NCBI GenBank assembly: GCA_040223555.1
Contig: JAVKGA010000004.1
Coordinates: 21,758 to 85,757, forward strand
Reading direction: 5' to 3'
Origin: Hyphomonas sp.
GTDB taxonomy: Bacteria; Pseudomonadota; Alphaproteobacteria; Caulobacterales; Hyphomonadaceae
DNA length: 64,000 bases
Shown here: positions 1-12,877 of the stretch, one piece after another
Layout of the letters: the number at the start of each line of letters is the position of its first letter
How positions within the stretch are numbered: the first letter of the stretch is position 1
Made by a program: the position numbers and the translations under genes
Notes under the pieces: model-generated
The model's input: only the letters and a program-made list of their open reading frames with translations
The model's database searches: none
What the model was told of the DNA's origin: nothing

Positions 1-1
1 C

Positions 2-2581
2 ACTTGGCAGGCGGAAGGGATCGAAGCCGTGGATATTGCGGCCCGAGGGCAGGATTTCCGGCGTGCGGATCAGGTCGCCGCCCGGCACCGGCGGGGTGAA
101 GCCGGCGTCCAGCGCATGGATCAGCGCGGAGAGTTCATGGTCTACGCTGAGCAGGGCGTTGGTGTTCGCGAGGCCAGAGATTTCTTCGGCGCGCGCCTCA
201 AGCTTCAGTTTACGGACGATGTCAGCCGGCGCTGTCCCGGCCACGATGGCATCAAACGCGGCGGCCGGCATAACGACCTGCCCTTCGGCAGGCGGCATCA
301 GGGCAAGCATTTCGCGGCGGTCGGCGGCGCTGAGGCCTTCGCCGGCAATGTGCAGTCCGTTCGGGATCAGCGAAGATTCGACTTCGGCGAGCTTCGCGCG
401 GATCGCCTCAACCCGGTCGCGCGGACGGTCGAAGGAGGCGGCGGGAAGGATGTCGAGTTCGCCCGCCTGCGCGAAGATCAGCTCTTCAAGGTCCGCCCGT
501 TCAGCGTCCGCCTGCGGATCAAGTCCGCGCCAACGGCTGATCGTGGCCGAGAGATCCGACAGGCCGCGATAAAGCCCCGCCTCGGTGACCGGCGGCGTCA
601 GGTAGCTGACGATGGTCGCATTGCCGCGACGCTTCGCGATGGTGGCTTCCGACGGGTTGTTGGCGGCGTAGAAATAGATGTTGGGCAGGTCGCCGATCAG
701 ATAATCCGACCAGCAATCGCCCGAGAGGCCCGACTGTTTGCCCGGCATGAATTCAAGCGCGCCATGCGTGCCGAAGTGCAGCACGGCGTCGGCGAAAAAA
801 CCCTGCTTCAGATAGGTGTAATAGGCGGCGAAGGCATGCGTCGGTGCAAAGCCTTTTTCGAAAAGCAACCGCATCGGATCGCCCTCGTAGCCAAAACCCG
901 GCTGCAGGCCAACGAGGACGTTTCCAAAGCGGGCGCCGAGCACGAAAATCGAACGGCCGTCGCTCAGAACCCGGCCCGGTGCCGGGCCCCAAGCCGCTTC
1001 GATGTCCTTCAGGCGGCGTTCGCGGCGAACGTGATCTGCCGCCGGAACTTCGGCAACGACATTGGCCTCGGTGCCGTAGCGATCTTTGTTGCCCTCGAGA
1101 AGCGCGTCCTTGAGCGCGTCCACAGAGTCAGGGACCCTGACGTCATAGCCTTCCGAGTCGAGGCGCTTGAGCAGATTGAAGAGGGACTCGAAGACCGAAA
1201 GATAGGCAGCGGTACCGACGCTGCCCGAGTTTGGAGGGAAGTTGAACAGCGTGATCGCGAGCTTGCGGTTGGCCCGCGCAGAGCGCTTGAGGCGAACCAG
1301 CTTGTCGACACGTGCGGCGAGTTGCTCGACCCGCTCGGGGCAGGCCTGCATGCGTCTGTTGTCATCGACGAAAGTGCAACGGCGGGCGCATCCGGTACAC
1401 GTCGTGCCATGGTCGGCGCGCCCGCCGATGACAATGGATCCTGTCGCGCCGTCGAGCTCCGGGAGCGCGACCATGATGGTCGTCTCGATGGGCATCAGAC
1501 CCCTTGCATTCGCGCCCCAGTCCGACAGGGACTGGAACTCCGACGCCAGGGCGCACACATAAGGAATATCGAGGGCTTTCAGCATTTCGACGGCGCCGTC
1601 CGCATCATTGAAGGCGGGGCCGCCGACGAGCGAGAAGCCGGTCAGGGAAACAAGGGCGTCGATGGTGGGCGTCTCGCCGCGCATGAAGAACTGGCGGATC
1701 GCAGACCGGGCATCGAGGCCGCTCGCAAAGGCAGGAATGACGCGCAGGCCGCGCGCTTCAAGCGCCGCGATCACGCCGTCATAATGGCCGGCATCGCCGG
1801 AGGTGATGTAGGAGCGCAGCACCAGCAGGCCGACGGTCGGCCGGTCGCCGGCAACTTTCGGCAGCGCGTCGAGGCGCTCGGCCACGCTGGGCTTCATGCC
1901 CGGATGATAGATCCCCGTCTCCGGATATTCTTCCGGCGGCAGAGGATTCATCTTGCCGCGCAGATGGGCGCGCTCACCGCTGGCATACCGGTCGACCATG
2001 AAGCGCACCGCGTTGGCGATGTTCTTTTCCGAACCGGCCAGCAGGTATTGCATCGTCACGAAATAGGCCCGCACATCCTGGGCCATGCCCGGAATGAAGC
2101 GCAGGATCTTGGGCAGGCGGCGCAGCGTCTTCATCTGCTGCTCGCCGGACTTAGCCTTGTCACCCGATCCGCCGCGCAACCGCTTCATCAACGCGATGGG
2201 TCCGCTGGCGGGCTTCGACATGTCGAACCGGTCAAGCCGCGTCAGCTGCACCACTTCCGAGGCCGACATTGCGCCGACCATCGCGTCGCAGGCATCGCGC
2301 CGGGCCTGCAGGGCGGGCAGCACGGCCTTGATATGGTCCTCGATGAACAGCATTGACGCGATGATGAAATCCGCCTTGCCGATATCCTCGACGGCGCGGG
2401 CGAGCGCCTTGGGCTGGCGATCAAATTCCGAGGCCGGATGAAAGGCCAGCGACAGGCCGGGATGCGTGCGGCGCAGTTCGCTTTCGGCAGCGCGGATCGC
2501 CGTGCCGAGATGCGAGTCGAGTGACAGGATCACGACCCGGATCGGCGTCTTGTCGACGAGGATTGCGCGCTTAGCGACCAT
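2..2581 (-). CDS. bchH: Magnesium chelatase subunit H, 3'-partial (runs off the left edge)
   Basis: Not in the ORF track; both ends translated by hand. Begins [26 protein letters not shown]... and the same frame reads [19 protein letters not shown] at the window edge (BchH/CobN motif). Start overlaps the bchB stop; canonical bchFNBH order. Confidence 0.95.
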   Translation of the reverse strand, partial: MVAKRAILVDKTPIRVVILSLDSHLGTAIRAAESELRRTHPGLSLAFHPASEFDRQPKALARAVEDIGKADFIIASMLFIEDHIKAVLPALQARRDACDAMVGAMSASEVVQLTRLDRFDMSKPASGPIALMKRLRGGSGDKAKSGEQQMKTLRRLPKILRFIPGMAQDVRAYFVTMQYLLAGSEKNIANAVRFMVDRYASGERAHLRGKMNPLPPEEYPETGIYHPGMKPSVAERLDALPKVAGDRPTVGLLVLRSYITSGDAGHYDGVIAALEARGLRVIPAFASGLDARSAIRQFFMRGETPTIDALVSLTGFSLVGGPAFNDADGAVEMLKALDIPYVCALASEFQSLSDWGANARGLMPIETTIMVALPELDGATGSIVIGGRADHGTTCTGCARRCTFVDDNRRMQACPERVEQLAARVDKLVRLKRSARANRKLAITLFNFPPNSGSVGTAAYLSVFESLFNLLKRLDSEGYDVRVPDSVDALKDALLEGNKDRYGTEANVVAEVPAADHVRRERRLKDIEAAWGPAPGRVLSDGRSIFVLGARFGNVLVGLQPGFGYEGDPMRLLFEKGFAPTHAFAAYYTYLKQGFFADAVLHFGTHGALEFMPGKQSGLSGDCWSDYLIGDLPNIYFYAANNPSEATIAKRRGNATIVSYLTPPVTEAGLYRGLSDLSATISRWRGLDPQADAERADLEELIFAQAGELDILPAASFDRPRDRVEAIRAKLAEVESSLIPNGLHIAGEGLSAADRREMLALMPPAEGQVVMPAAAFDAIVAGTAPADIVRKLKLEARAEEISGLANTNALLSVDHELSALIHALDAGFTPPVPGGDLIRTPEILPSGRNIHGFDPFRLPS

Positions 2582-4123
2582 AGCTCGCCTTTGCGTCATA
2601 GAGGGTCTCGAGGGTGATCGTCTCGAGATGCTTGTCGCGGGCGAAGGCTTCCGTGTTCCGGCGAGCCTTGCCGCGCACGAAGAACGGGATTTTCTTGAGT
2701 TCGTTCTCGGCCTCGGGCGCCCAGTGCAGGACGGCGGCCACCCCTTCCCCGCCTTCAGCGGCCACCGAGGCCAGATCCGAAAGCTTGTCGGCCGCGCCGT
2801 GCCCGCCAAGGTGCGAGGCGCCGGCCGTATCGTTGAACTCGAAATCCTCGCGGAACATGCCGAGCAGGTGCTCTTCGAGGCCCATGATCAGCGGGTGGAC
2901 CCAGGTATCGAACAGGACGTTCGCGCCTTCGAACCCCATCTGCGGGGCGTAGCGCGCCGGGAAATCCTGCACGTGCACGGGCGCCGAAATCACGGCGCAG
3001 GGGATGCCGAGACGTTTGGCGATGTGGCGTTCCATCTGGGTGCCAAGAATCAATTCCGGCTGGAGACGCTCAATGGCGGCTTCCACTTCCAGATAGTCGT
3101 CCGTAATCAGCGCTTCGAGGCCAAGCTCGGTGGCGGCTTCGCGCACGGGCCGGGCAAATTCGCGGTTGTAGCAACCCAGGCCGACGACCGTGAACGCGAG
3201 TTCGTCGCTGGCGACGCGCGCTGCCGCAAGGGCATGGGTCCCGTCGCCGAAGATGAAGACGCGCTTGCCGGTGAGATAATTGGAATCCACCGAGCGCGAC
3301 CACCAGGGCATGTTGCTGGCGAAGGCCGACAGGTCCGGCACTTCGATACCGGCCAGGCCGCAGACTTCAATGATGAAGTCGTTCGTGGCGCCAACGCCAA
3401 TGGGGATCGTTTTCGTGTAGGGCTGGCCGAATTCCTTCTCGAGGAAACGGACGGCGACATCGGCGATTTCCGGATAGAGCGAGACGTTGAAGTCTGCAGC
3501 CGGGAGGCGTGTCAGGTCATGCGGCGTCGCGCCCAGCGGGGCAACCACGTTCACATCGATGCCGAGTTGGAACAGCAGGCCAGTGATCTCGCGCACATCA
3601 TCGCGGTGACGGAAGCCGAGCGCCGTCGGGCCGAGCACGTTGCAGATCGGACGCGTCAAGCGGTTCGGGGCGCCCTTGGGCTGCTCCGTCGCAAGGCCGC
3701 GCACGAGGCGGTAGAAAGTTTCCGATGCCCCCCAGTTTTCTTTCTTGGAATAGGATGGCAGCTCCAGCGCGATCACCGGGATCGGCAGGTCGAGCGCCTT
3801 GGTCAAGCCGCCCGGATCATCCTGGATGAGTTCCGCCGTGCAGGAAGCGCCGACAATCATCGCCTGCGGCTGGAAACGCTCATAGGCGCCGCGCGCCGCG
3901 CTCTTGAAAATCTCGGCGGTATCCGAGCCAAGGTCGCGGGCCTCGAAGGTCGTGTAGGTCACCGGTGGGCGCTTGGCGCGCCGCTCGATCATCGTGAACA
4001 GCAGGTCCGCATACGTATCGCCCTGCGGTGCGTGCAGCACATAGTGCAGGCCTTCCATGGCGGTCGCGATACGCATCGCGCCGATGTGCGGAGGGCCTTC
4101 ATATGTCCAGACAGTGAGTTGCA

Positions 4124-4124
<1 letters not shown>
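2571..4124 (-). CDS. bchB: Light-independent protochlorophyllide reductase subunit B
   Basis: [37 protein letters not shown]-terminal PCP_red domain ([18 protein letters not shown]). ATG at 4124 overlaps the bchN stop (TGATG). Confidence 0.97.
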
Positions 4125-5913
<1,789 letters not shown>

Positions 5914-5951
5914 GCCCTGAACCCTGCCGCTCCCCTTCTTGTCTTGAGGAG

Positions 5952-6007
5952 ACGATACCTCTCGAAGGCAGTATGTCAATCTATGTTGACGTCTATTTAT
6001 GTTGACA
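5952..6007. promoter_or_regulatory. Two overlapping PpsR-type palindromes and a sigma70-like promoter for bchFNBH
   Basis: TGTCAATCTATGTTGACG (5974-5991) and CGTCTATTTATGTTGACA (5990-6007), each 1 mismatch from TGT-N12-ACA. Minus-strand TTGACA-N16-TATCGT. Confidence 0.8.
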
Positions 6008-6329
6008 CTCGAGGCATTTCGAGCGAATTTTCAATTGGTCGCCGAAAGCAGGATGGATTCAAAAAATCTTCCATGTTATTTCTCGGGCGAAATGGACGAG
6101 GCTCATCATTTGCCAACAGGGAAAGGCGGGTGCTCTTCATTAGAATTATGCCGGATCTGACTCCTCCCATGCAGATCCAGCCCCCGGAATCATCCGCCTG
6201 CGGATGATATATACCGGGCAGCCTTTGCAGGGACGACGCTGTCCCTCAAGACGTTGGAAGTGTACTGAGGGCTGCACTTGATAGCGCGCGACTTATGCGT
6301 GCACATGTGCGGCGCTCCCATGGGAGATA

Positions 6330-7250
6330 GTGATGTCATTTGATCAGCAACGAAGCCTCCGCTCAGATGATGCCGGCCGGACGGGCGCCGATTTTCTCTT
6401 CAAACCGATACCGCTTCTGGTCGGGCTCTGGCGCCAGCTCGGCAGCGAGCCCCTGGCCAAGTCACTTCCCACCGACGAGCCTGAACTGTTTGCGGCCCTG
6501 CAATCCGAAATAATTCCGCGGCTCATGATCGCCAGCCGGATGCCCCAGACACCGACGACGCCTGCGGGTTCGGACATCCAGATACGCGGCGTCGCGTTCA
6601 GCGCGGTGGAGCGGCAGGAATTCCTCGACGCGCTGCTCTCGGACGACGAGCAGAAGGCCGGCCAGCTCGCCGATGCCCAGATTGCGCGGGGGCACGAACT
6701 TCCCACATTGATGATCGAGCTGTTTGCCTCCAGTGCCCGCGAGCTGGGCGAGATGTGGACAGAAGATCAGGTCAGTTTTGTTGATGTCACGATTGGCGTT
6801 TGCCGATTGCACCAGATTGTACACAAGCTGACGGGGCAGCCGGATGCGCCGGCGGACATCGGCAAGAATGGATCGCCGAGCATCCTGATTGCCAGCGCTC
6901 CCGGCGAGCAGCACGTGTTTGGCGTTCTGGTCGCCTCTGAACTCTTCCGCCAGCATGAGTGGACCGTGTTCACGGAAACGTCCGGCAATCCGGAAATCAT
7001 TGCCAGCCATCTGGCGAATCACCGTTTTGACATCGCGGGTATCTCCGCCTCGCATGATGGTGTGGTCCGGGACCTGCCAGCCCTGATCAAGACCCTGCGG
7101 CGGACGTCCCGCAACCCATCAGTCAAACTGATAGTAGGCGGGCCGCTTTTCGACCAATCACCCCATATTGCGCGTGAAATCGGTGCAGATGGTATCGCAG
7201 GGCGCGGTCTTGACGCACCTGAGCTTGCGAGGAAACTGTTGGCAATCTGA
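6330..7250 (+). CDS. ppaA: Cobalamin-binding photosynthesis regulator AerR/PpaA
   Basis: ARELGEMWTEDQVSFVDVTIG and PGEQHVFG (ExHxxG B12-binding motif), C-terminal LIVGG Rossmann strand; directly upstream of ppsR. Confidence 0.9.
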   Translation: MMSFDQQRSLRSDDAGRTGADFLFKPIPLLVGLWRQLGSEPLAKSLPTDEPELFAALQSEIIPRLMIASRMPQTPTTPAGSDIQIRGVAFSAVERQEFLDALLSDDEQKAGQLADAQIARGHELPTLMIELFASSARELGEMWTEDQVSFVDVTIGVCRLHQIVHKLTGQPDAPADIGKNGSPSILIASAPGEQHVFGVLVASELFRQHEWTVFTETSGNPEIIASHLANHRFDIAGISASHDGVVRDLPALIKTLRRTSRNPSVKLIVGGPLFDQSPHIAREIGADGIAGRGLDAPELARKLLAI

Positions 7251-7307
7251 TAGTGAGACTGCTATTTGGCGTTCAAGGGGAGCTCCCGCAGTCTTTTTGG
7301 AACGGTT

Positions 7308-8732
7308 ATGGATGCTTCGCCCGACGCTTCGCAATCGAAACACTCGTTCAGCGATGCCACTGCCCATCTTTCAGGCCTTGATGCGCAGTCGGTCGCGCTG
7401 CTTCTCGAGCAATCGGCGGACATCGCCATTATCCTCCAGGATGGTGTCGTGCGAGACTTGGCGATTGCCTCAGAAGAGCTGCGGAAATCTGGCTTTGCCG
7501 CCAACTGGATTGGACGGCGCTGGATCGACACGGTTGCCATGGATAGTTATCCCAAGGTCGAGGCGCTGCTGAAGAACGCCAGTGCCAAGCCAAATGGCCG
7601 GATGCGGCAGATCAACCATCCTTCCGGTGGCCTGCGGGACATTGCGATCGCCTATCGCGTTGTCCGCGCACACGCGCGTGGCCCTGTGATTGCGCTCGGC
7701 CGTGACCTTCGCGACATCGCCGACCTGCAGCAGAAGCTCATCAAGGCCCAACAGGAAATCGAGCGCGATTACTCCCGGCTGCGTAAAGCAGAAGCGCGCT
7801 ACAAGATGGTGTTTGAAGCCGTCGCGGAACCCATCCTGATCGTGACTGCGGATGACCTGATGGTCGAATCGGCGAACCATGCAGCGGGCGCATTGTTGGA
7901 ACTTGATTCGCACGAGGTTGCCAAAGAGGACTTCCCGTCGCTGTTTGCGCCGCGCGCCGCTCGCATTGTCGAGCGGATGGCCGCAAAAGCGCTGGTGTCG
8001 GGCAATGCCTCGGCTGACCGGGTTGAACTGGTGACCGGCAAAAAGGTTTCTGTATCCGCCTCTGTATTCGGGCACGGCCCTGAGGCGCGCCTCGTGGTCA
8101 AGTTCGGCGGCGAATCGCAAACGGCGAGATCGGTTGATTCTACCCGCGATCAGCTGATGAAAACGCTGGAAACGTTGCCGGATGCCTTTGTCGTAACGGA
8201 TGACGAGCTGCGAATTCTCGCGGCGAACCGGTCCTTTCTCGAGATGGCGCATCTCAGCGAAGAGGACCAGGCGACCGGTGCACGCCTGTCGCTTTATCTC
8301 GGCCGCTCGACGACGGACCTGAACGTGCTCGTCTCTACCCTCAAAGCGAACGGCACGGCCCGGAATTTTGCAACGGTAATGCGTGACCGCTTCAATTCCG
8401 AAGAACAGGTAGAAGTTTCCGCCGTTTCGACGGGCGCTGGACGGTCGGGGTATTATGCGTTTTCGGTTCGGAATGTTTCGCGCCGTTTCGTCAACGACCC
8501 TCCGCCCGGAGAAGAGCTGCCGCGCTCGGCTGACCACCTTACAAATCTGGTCGGCCGCATGCCGCTGAAGGATATCGTGCGCGATTCCACGACTCTCATT
8601 GAGCGCCTCTGCATCGAGGCCGCGCTGAAGCTGACCGATGACAACCGCGCCTCGGCGGCCGAAATCCTCGGCCTCAGCCGGCAGGGCCTCTATTCCAAGC
8701 TGAAACGCTTCGGAATCGACGACAAGGCGTGA
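7308..8732 (+). CDS. ppsR: Photosynthesis repressor PpsR (CrtJ)
   Basis: PAS domains and Q-linker; C-terminal IERLCIEAALKLTDDNRASAAEILGLSRQGLYSKL HTH with the conserved Cys. Start uncertain (TTG 7266 or ATG 7308). Confidence 0.95.
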   Translation: MDASPDASQSKHSFSDATAHLSGLDAQSVALLLEQSADIAIILQDGVVRDLAIASEELRKSGFAANWIGRRWIDTVAMDSYPKVEALLKNASAKPNGRMRQINHPSGGLRDIAIAYRVVRAHARGPVIALGRDLRDIADLQQKLIKAQQEIERDYSRLRKAEARYKMVFEAVAEPILIVTADDLMVESANHAAGALLELDSHEVAKEDFPSLFAPRAARIVERMAAKALVSGNASADRVELVTGKKVSVSASVFGHGPEARLVVKFGGESQTARSVDSTRDQLMKTLETLPDAFVVTDDELRILAANRSFLEMAHLSEEDQATGARLSLYLGRSTTDLNVLVSTLKANGTARNFATVMRDRFNSEEQVEVSAVSTGAGRSGYYAFSVRNVSRRFVNDPPPGEELPRSADHLTNLVGRMPLKDIVRDSTTLIERLCIEAALKLTDDNRASAAEILGLSRQGLYSKLKRFGIDDKA

Positions 8733-8849
8733 TGTCCCGGATAATTAATCCGCCTGCAGACGAAATTCTAACCCTCTCATTCCGGTGAAAGCCGGGACAT
8801 GGCCGTTCCCGATTTCGCGCCGAAAAGGCGCAGAATCACGCCCATAAAG

Positions 8850-8893
8850 CGTCAATCTGCGTTGACACATTATACTGTCAACATTAGCCTCAT
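8850..8893 (+). promoter_or_regulatory. PpsR site pair overlapping the bchG promoter
   Basis: CGTCAATCTGCGTTGACA (8850-8867), then after 8 bp a partial site TGTCAACATTAGCC; TTGACA-N17-TAGCCT. Confidence 0.75.
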
Positions 8894-8896
8894 CAG

Positions 8897-9808
8897 ATGC
8901 TCCACGCGACGATCCCCGCGCCGTCCCGCCAACTGCCGAAGCCGGCCGCCATCCTCGAATTGTTCAAGCCCGTCACCTGGTTTGCCGCCATGTGGGCCTT
9001 CATGTGCGGCGCGGTCTCCAGCGGGCAGCCCTTTGCTGGAAACCTGCATCTCGTGCTCGGCGGCATGCTGCTTGCCGGCCCGATGGTCTGCGCGTCCAGC
9101 CAGGCGGTGAATGACTGGTATGACCGGCATGTCGACGCCATCAACGAGCCGGGCCGCCCGATTCCGTCGGGCCGCATTCCGGGCCAGTGGGGCCTCTACC
9201 TGGCGATCATCTGGTCCACGCTTTCGCTCCTTCTGGGTCTCGCGCTCGGCATCTGGGCCTTTGCGGCCACGCTCGTTGCCGTCTTTTTCGCCTGGGCCTA
9301 CAGCGCGCCGCCCTTGCGGCTGAAGCTCAATGGCTGGTGGGGCAATGCGGCGGTCGGCATTTCCTATGAAGGCATCTCCTGGTTCACCGGCGCAGCCGTC
9401 ATGCTTGGCGCCCTGCCAAACGGGCTGATCCTGTTCCTGGCGCTCGCCTATTCGGTCGGCGCGCATGGCATCATGACGCTCAACGATTTCAAGTCCATCG
9501 AAGGCGACAAACAGATGGGCGTGCGTTCGCTGCCCGTGCAACTCGGCCCGGACCGCGCCGCCCATGTCGCATGCCTCGTGATGGGCGCCTCGCAGGTCGC
9601 CGTCATCTTCATGCTCGCCTGGATCGGCCAGCCGGTGCACGCCGTCATCATCATCGGACTCCTCTGCGCGCAGATCCTGCTGATGATCGAGCTGCTGAGC
9701 GATCCGCGCGGCAAGGCGATCTGGTACAGCGCCACCGGCGTCACCCTCTTCGTGCTGGGCATGCTGGTCAGCGCCTTTGCCGTCCAGCCCTGGTCCGTAC
9801 AAGGATGA
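8897..9808 (+). CDS. bchG: Bacteriochlorophyll synthase
   Basis: ELFKPVTWFAAMWAF, NDWYDRHVDAINEPGRPIPSGR (UbiA family), LNDFKSIEGD. Confidence 0.97.
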   Translation: MLHATIPAPSRQLPKPAAILELFKPVTWFAAMWAFMCGAVSSGQPFAGNLHLVLGGMLLAGPMVCASSQAVNDWYDRHVDAINEPGRPIPSGRIPGQWGLYLAIIWSTLSLLLGLALGIWAFAATLVAVFFAWAYSAPPLRLKLNGWWGNAAVGISYEGISWFTGAAVMLGALPNGLILFLALAYSVGAHGIMTLNDFKSIEGDKQMGVRSLPVQLGPDRAAHVACLVMGASQVAVIFMLAWIGQPVHAVIIIGLLCAQILLMIELLSDPRGKAIWYSATGVTLFVLGMLVSAFAVQPWSVQG

Positions 9809-11172
9809 CCGCGCACGCCCCCCCTGCCTTCGGCTGGCCCGGCATCATCCGGCTCGGCCTCGTGCAGACCTCGCTTGGCGCCATCGTGATCCTGATGACC
9901 TCCACGCTGAACCGCGTGATGGTCGTCGAGCTGGGCCTCGCCGCGGCCATTCCGGGCCTGCTCGTCGGCTGGCATTATGCCGTGCAGATGTCCCGTCCCC
10001 GCTGGGGCTACGGCGCAGATGCGGGCGGGCGCCGTGCGCCCTGGATTCTTGGCGGCATGGCGGTGCTCGCCTTCGGCGCGATCAGCGCGGCTTTTGCCGC
10101 CTCGCTCATCCCCACCAGTTTCTGGACCGGCTTTGCGCTTTCGGTCATTGCCTACGCCCTGATCGGCGCCGGCGTCGGCGCAGCCGGCACCAACCTGCTT
10201 GCCCTCCTCGCGATCCGCACCGAACCGTCCCGCAAGGCGGCGGCGGCAGCCATCGTATGGATCATGATGATCATGGGCTTCGTGTTTACAGCCGGCATCG
10301 GCGGCGGGTTCCTCAAGCCGTTCAGTTTCGAGCGGCTGATTCTTGTTACTGCTGTCGTCTCGGCGATTGCGCTGGTGGTCACCTTCCTCGCCTTGAGAGG
10401 CCTTGAGCCCAATACGGCCCGCATGTCCGCGCCTGCCACAAGCCCGAATGACGGACAGGCCTTCCGCGCCGCCTTGCGCGAAACATGGGCCGACACCCAA
10501 GCGCGCCGGTTCACGGTTTTCGTCTTCGTCTCGATGCTGGCCTACAGCGCGCAGGACCTGATTCTCGAGCCCTTCGCCGGGCTCGTGCATGGCTATGACG
10601 CCGGAAGCTCGACGCAGCTCGCGGGCGTGCAAAACATGGGCACGCTGGTCGGCATGATCTTCACCGCCGTCGCCGGCACCGTGATCGGCAAGTCCCGCGC
10701 CGGCTTCATGCGCGCCTGGACCGTGGGCGGATGTATCGCGTCCGCCGCCGCGCTGCTCGCGCTCGGCCTTGGCACGCAGGCGATGGGCACAGACTGGCCG
10801 CTGGTGCCCAACGTGGTCGCGCTCGGCGTCGCAAATGGCGCCTTTGCGGTGGCCGCCATCGGTTCGATGATGACACTGGCGAGCGCCGGACCGAAACAAC
10901 GCGAAGGGACGCGGATGGGACTCTGGGGCGCCGCGCAGGCGATTGCCTTTGGTCTCGGCGGCTTCCTCGGTGCCGCAGCGGTCGATGTCGCGCGCCTGTT
11001 CTCGGAGACCCCTGCCCCCGCTTTCGCGCTCGTGTTTACACTCGAAGGCCTGACCTTCCTTGTCGCCGCCGCGCTGGCCCTGCGGGTCGGCGAAACCCGC
11101 GCCGATTCGCAGCGCCTGCCGGCCCTGCCCAGCAATGAATTCCTCGCCGTCCGATCCGGAGAACCGACATGA
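9805..11172 (+). CDS. PucC/BCD-family MFS protein (bch2-like)
   Basis: IIRLGLVQTSLGAIV, STLNRVMVVEL, AQDLILEPFAG, REGTRMGLWGAAQAIAFG; located between bchG and bchP; ATGA overlap. Confidence 0.9.
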   Translation: MTAHAPPAFGWPGIIRLGLVQTSLGAIVILMTSTLNRVMVVELGLAAAIPGLLVGWHYAVQMSRPRWGYGADAGGRRAPWILGGMAVLAFGAISAAFAASLIPTSFWTGFALSVIAYALIGAGVGAAGTNLLALLAIRTEPSRKAAAAAIVWIMMIMGFVFTAGIGGGFLKPFSFERLILVTAVVSAIALVVTFLALRGLEPNTARMSAPATSPNDGQAFRAALRETWADTQARRFTVFVFVSMLAYSAQDLILEPFAGLVHGYDAGSSTQLAGVQNMGTLVGMIFTAVAGTVIGKSRAGFMRAWTVGGCIASAAALLALGLGTQAMGTDWPLVPNVVALGVANGAFAVAAIGSMMTLASAGPKQREGTRMGLWGAAQAIAFGLGGFLGAAAVDVARLFSETPAPAFALVFTLEGLTFLVAAALALRVGETRADSQRLPALPSNEFLAVRSGEPT

Positions 11173-12383
11173 CCCATTCCAGCAGTGATGAGACCTATGA
11201 CTGCGTCGTGGTCGGCGGCGGACCTGCGGGCGCTACGGCGGGGCATGATCTCGCGACGGCCGGCAAGCGCGTGCTGCTGCTCGACAAGGCCGGTCGCATC
11301 AAGCCCTGCGGCGGGGCGATCCCGCCGCGCCTGATCCAGGATTTCGACATTCCGGAAAGCGTGATCGTCGCTCGCGCCAGGGCGGCGCGGATGATTGCGC
11401 CGTCGGGGCGCGTTGTCGATATGCCTGTCGAAGGCGGCGCGGTCGGCATGGTGGACCGTGAGCATTTCGACGAATGGCTGCGCGCCCGGGCGGCGAAGGC
11501 TGGCTGCGAGCGCCGCGCAGGCAGCTTCACCGGCATCGAGCGCGAAGCCGACGGCCTGGCGAACATTGTGTACAAGCCGAAGGATGACAGTTCGGAGACC
11601 GTGAAAATCCGTACCCGTACGGTCATAGGCGCGGACGGGGCAAAATCGCGCGTTGCGGCCGAGGCGATTCCCGGCGGCGGCGAGACGAAATGCGTGTTCG
11701 CCTATCACGAGATCATCAAGTCGCCCGAGCCGACCGAGGGCTTCGATCCGGCGCGCTGCGACATCTATTATCAGGGCCGCCTGTCGCCGGATTTTTATGC
11801 CTGGGTGTTCCCGCACGGAGAGACGACGAGTGTGGGCGTCGGCAGCGCCAACAAGGGCTTCTCGCTGCGCGATGCGATCCGTACCCTGCGCAAGGATATC
11901 GGGCTGGACGAAGCCGAACTTGTCCGCAAGGAAGGCGCGCCGATTCCGCTGAAGCCCCTGAAGCGTTGGGACAATGGCCGCGATGTATTGTTGGCCGGCG
12001 ACGCAGCAGGCGTGGTGGCCCCGGCTTCGGGCGAAGGCATCTATTACGCCATGCTGGGCGGACGCGAAGCAGCCACGGCCATCAGCGAGCTGCTTGAAAC
12101 AGGCGACGTGCGGGCCTTGGCGGCGACGCGCAAACGCTACATGAAGGCACACGGGCAGGTGTTCATGATCCTCGGGATCATGCAGCATTTCTGGTACCGG
12201 TCTGACAAACGGCGCGAAGGCTTCGTTGCCATGTGCAATGACAAGGACGTGCAGCGCCTGACCTGGGATGCCTATCTCAACAAGCGCCTCGGCAAGCCGG
12301 ATCATATGGCGCACCTTAAGATCTTCCTGAAGGATAGCGCGCACCTGCTCGGCCTCGCCCCTGCAAGGCCGAAACAGACGTGA
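11169..12383 (+). CDS. bchP: Geranylgeranyl reductase
   Basis: VVVGGGPAGA FAD motif, RIKPCGGAIPP, GDAAGVVAPASGEGIYYAM. Confidence 0.97.
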   Translation: MTHSSSDETYDCVVVGGGPAGATAGHDLATAGKRVLLLDKAGRIKPCGGAIPPRLIQDFDIPESVIVARARAARMIAPSGRVVDMPVEGGAVGMVDREHFDEWLRARAAKAGCERRAGSFTGIEREADGLANIVYKPKDDSSETVKIRTRTVIGADGAKSRVAAEAIPGGGETKCVFAYHEIIKSPEPTEGFDPARCDIYYQGRLSPDFYAWVFPHGETTSVGVGSANKGFSLRDAIRTLRKDIGLDEAELVRKEGAPIPLKPLKRWDNGRDVLLAGDAAGVVAPASGEGIYYAMLGGREAATAISELLETGDVRALAATRKRYMKAHGQVFMILGIMQHFWYRSDKRREGFVAMCNDKDVQRLTWDAYLNKRLGKPDHMAHLKIFLKDSAHLLGLAPARPKQT

Positions 12384-12856
12384 TCCCGACGCGGCCGCTT
12401 TTCATCGCGGCTGGCGTAGCGCTCGCCACGGCCATTGCCGGAGGCGCGATGACGCGGATCGATGGCTGGTACCGCGCGCTGGAGAAATCCTCGCTGAACC
12501 CGCCGGACTGGGCCTTCGCGCCCGCCTGGACGCTGATCTATGCGCTCGCCGCGCTGTCGGCGACGCTCGGCTGGCGGGACGCGAAAACGCAGCGCGACCG
12601 CTCGGTGCTGACCGTGCTGTTCTTCATCAATGCGGTCCTTAACACTGCCTGGAGCGCGGTGTTCTTCACGCTGCGCCGGCCGGACTGGGCATTGGCGGAG
12701 GTGGCGACGCTGTGGATTTCGGTGGCGGTGCTCGGCATTTTCCTCGCGCGCTTCTCGCGGCCTGCGAGCCTCTTGATGGTGCCCTATCTCGCCTGGGTGT
12801 CCTATGCGGCCTGGCTGAACTACAAGGTGGTCGAGCTGAACGGGCCGTTCGGCTGA
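12380..12856 (+). CDS. tspO: TspO/MBR tryptophan-rich sensory protein (PGC copy)
   Basis: WYRALEKSSLNPPDWAFAPAWT, NTAWSAVFF, LMVPYLAWVSYAAWLN. Confidence 0.93.
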   Translation: MIPTRPLFIAAGVALATAIAGGAMTRIDGWYRALEKSSLNPPDWAFAPAWTLIYALAALSATLGWRDAKTQRDRSVLTVLFFINAVLNTAWSAVFFTLRRPDWALAEVATLWISVAVLGIFLARFSRPASLLMVPYLAWVSYAAWLNYKVVELNGPFG

Positions 12857-12877
12857 GCCTTTTCCGGATGACCTTGC

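Noticed and set aside
29-2356. 775-aa plus-strand ORF and other long antisense ORFs (2466-4409, 13706-15538, 18318-20288, 33701-35557, 52270-54126)
   Set aside because: Shadow frames of real genes on the opposite strand, expected in high-GC DNA; no recognisable motifs.
8732-8800. ATGTCCCGG...CCGGGACAT long-range inverted repeat after ppsR
   Set aside because: May be a 3' UTR structure; no riboswitch or ncRNA consensus recognised.
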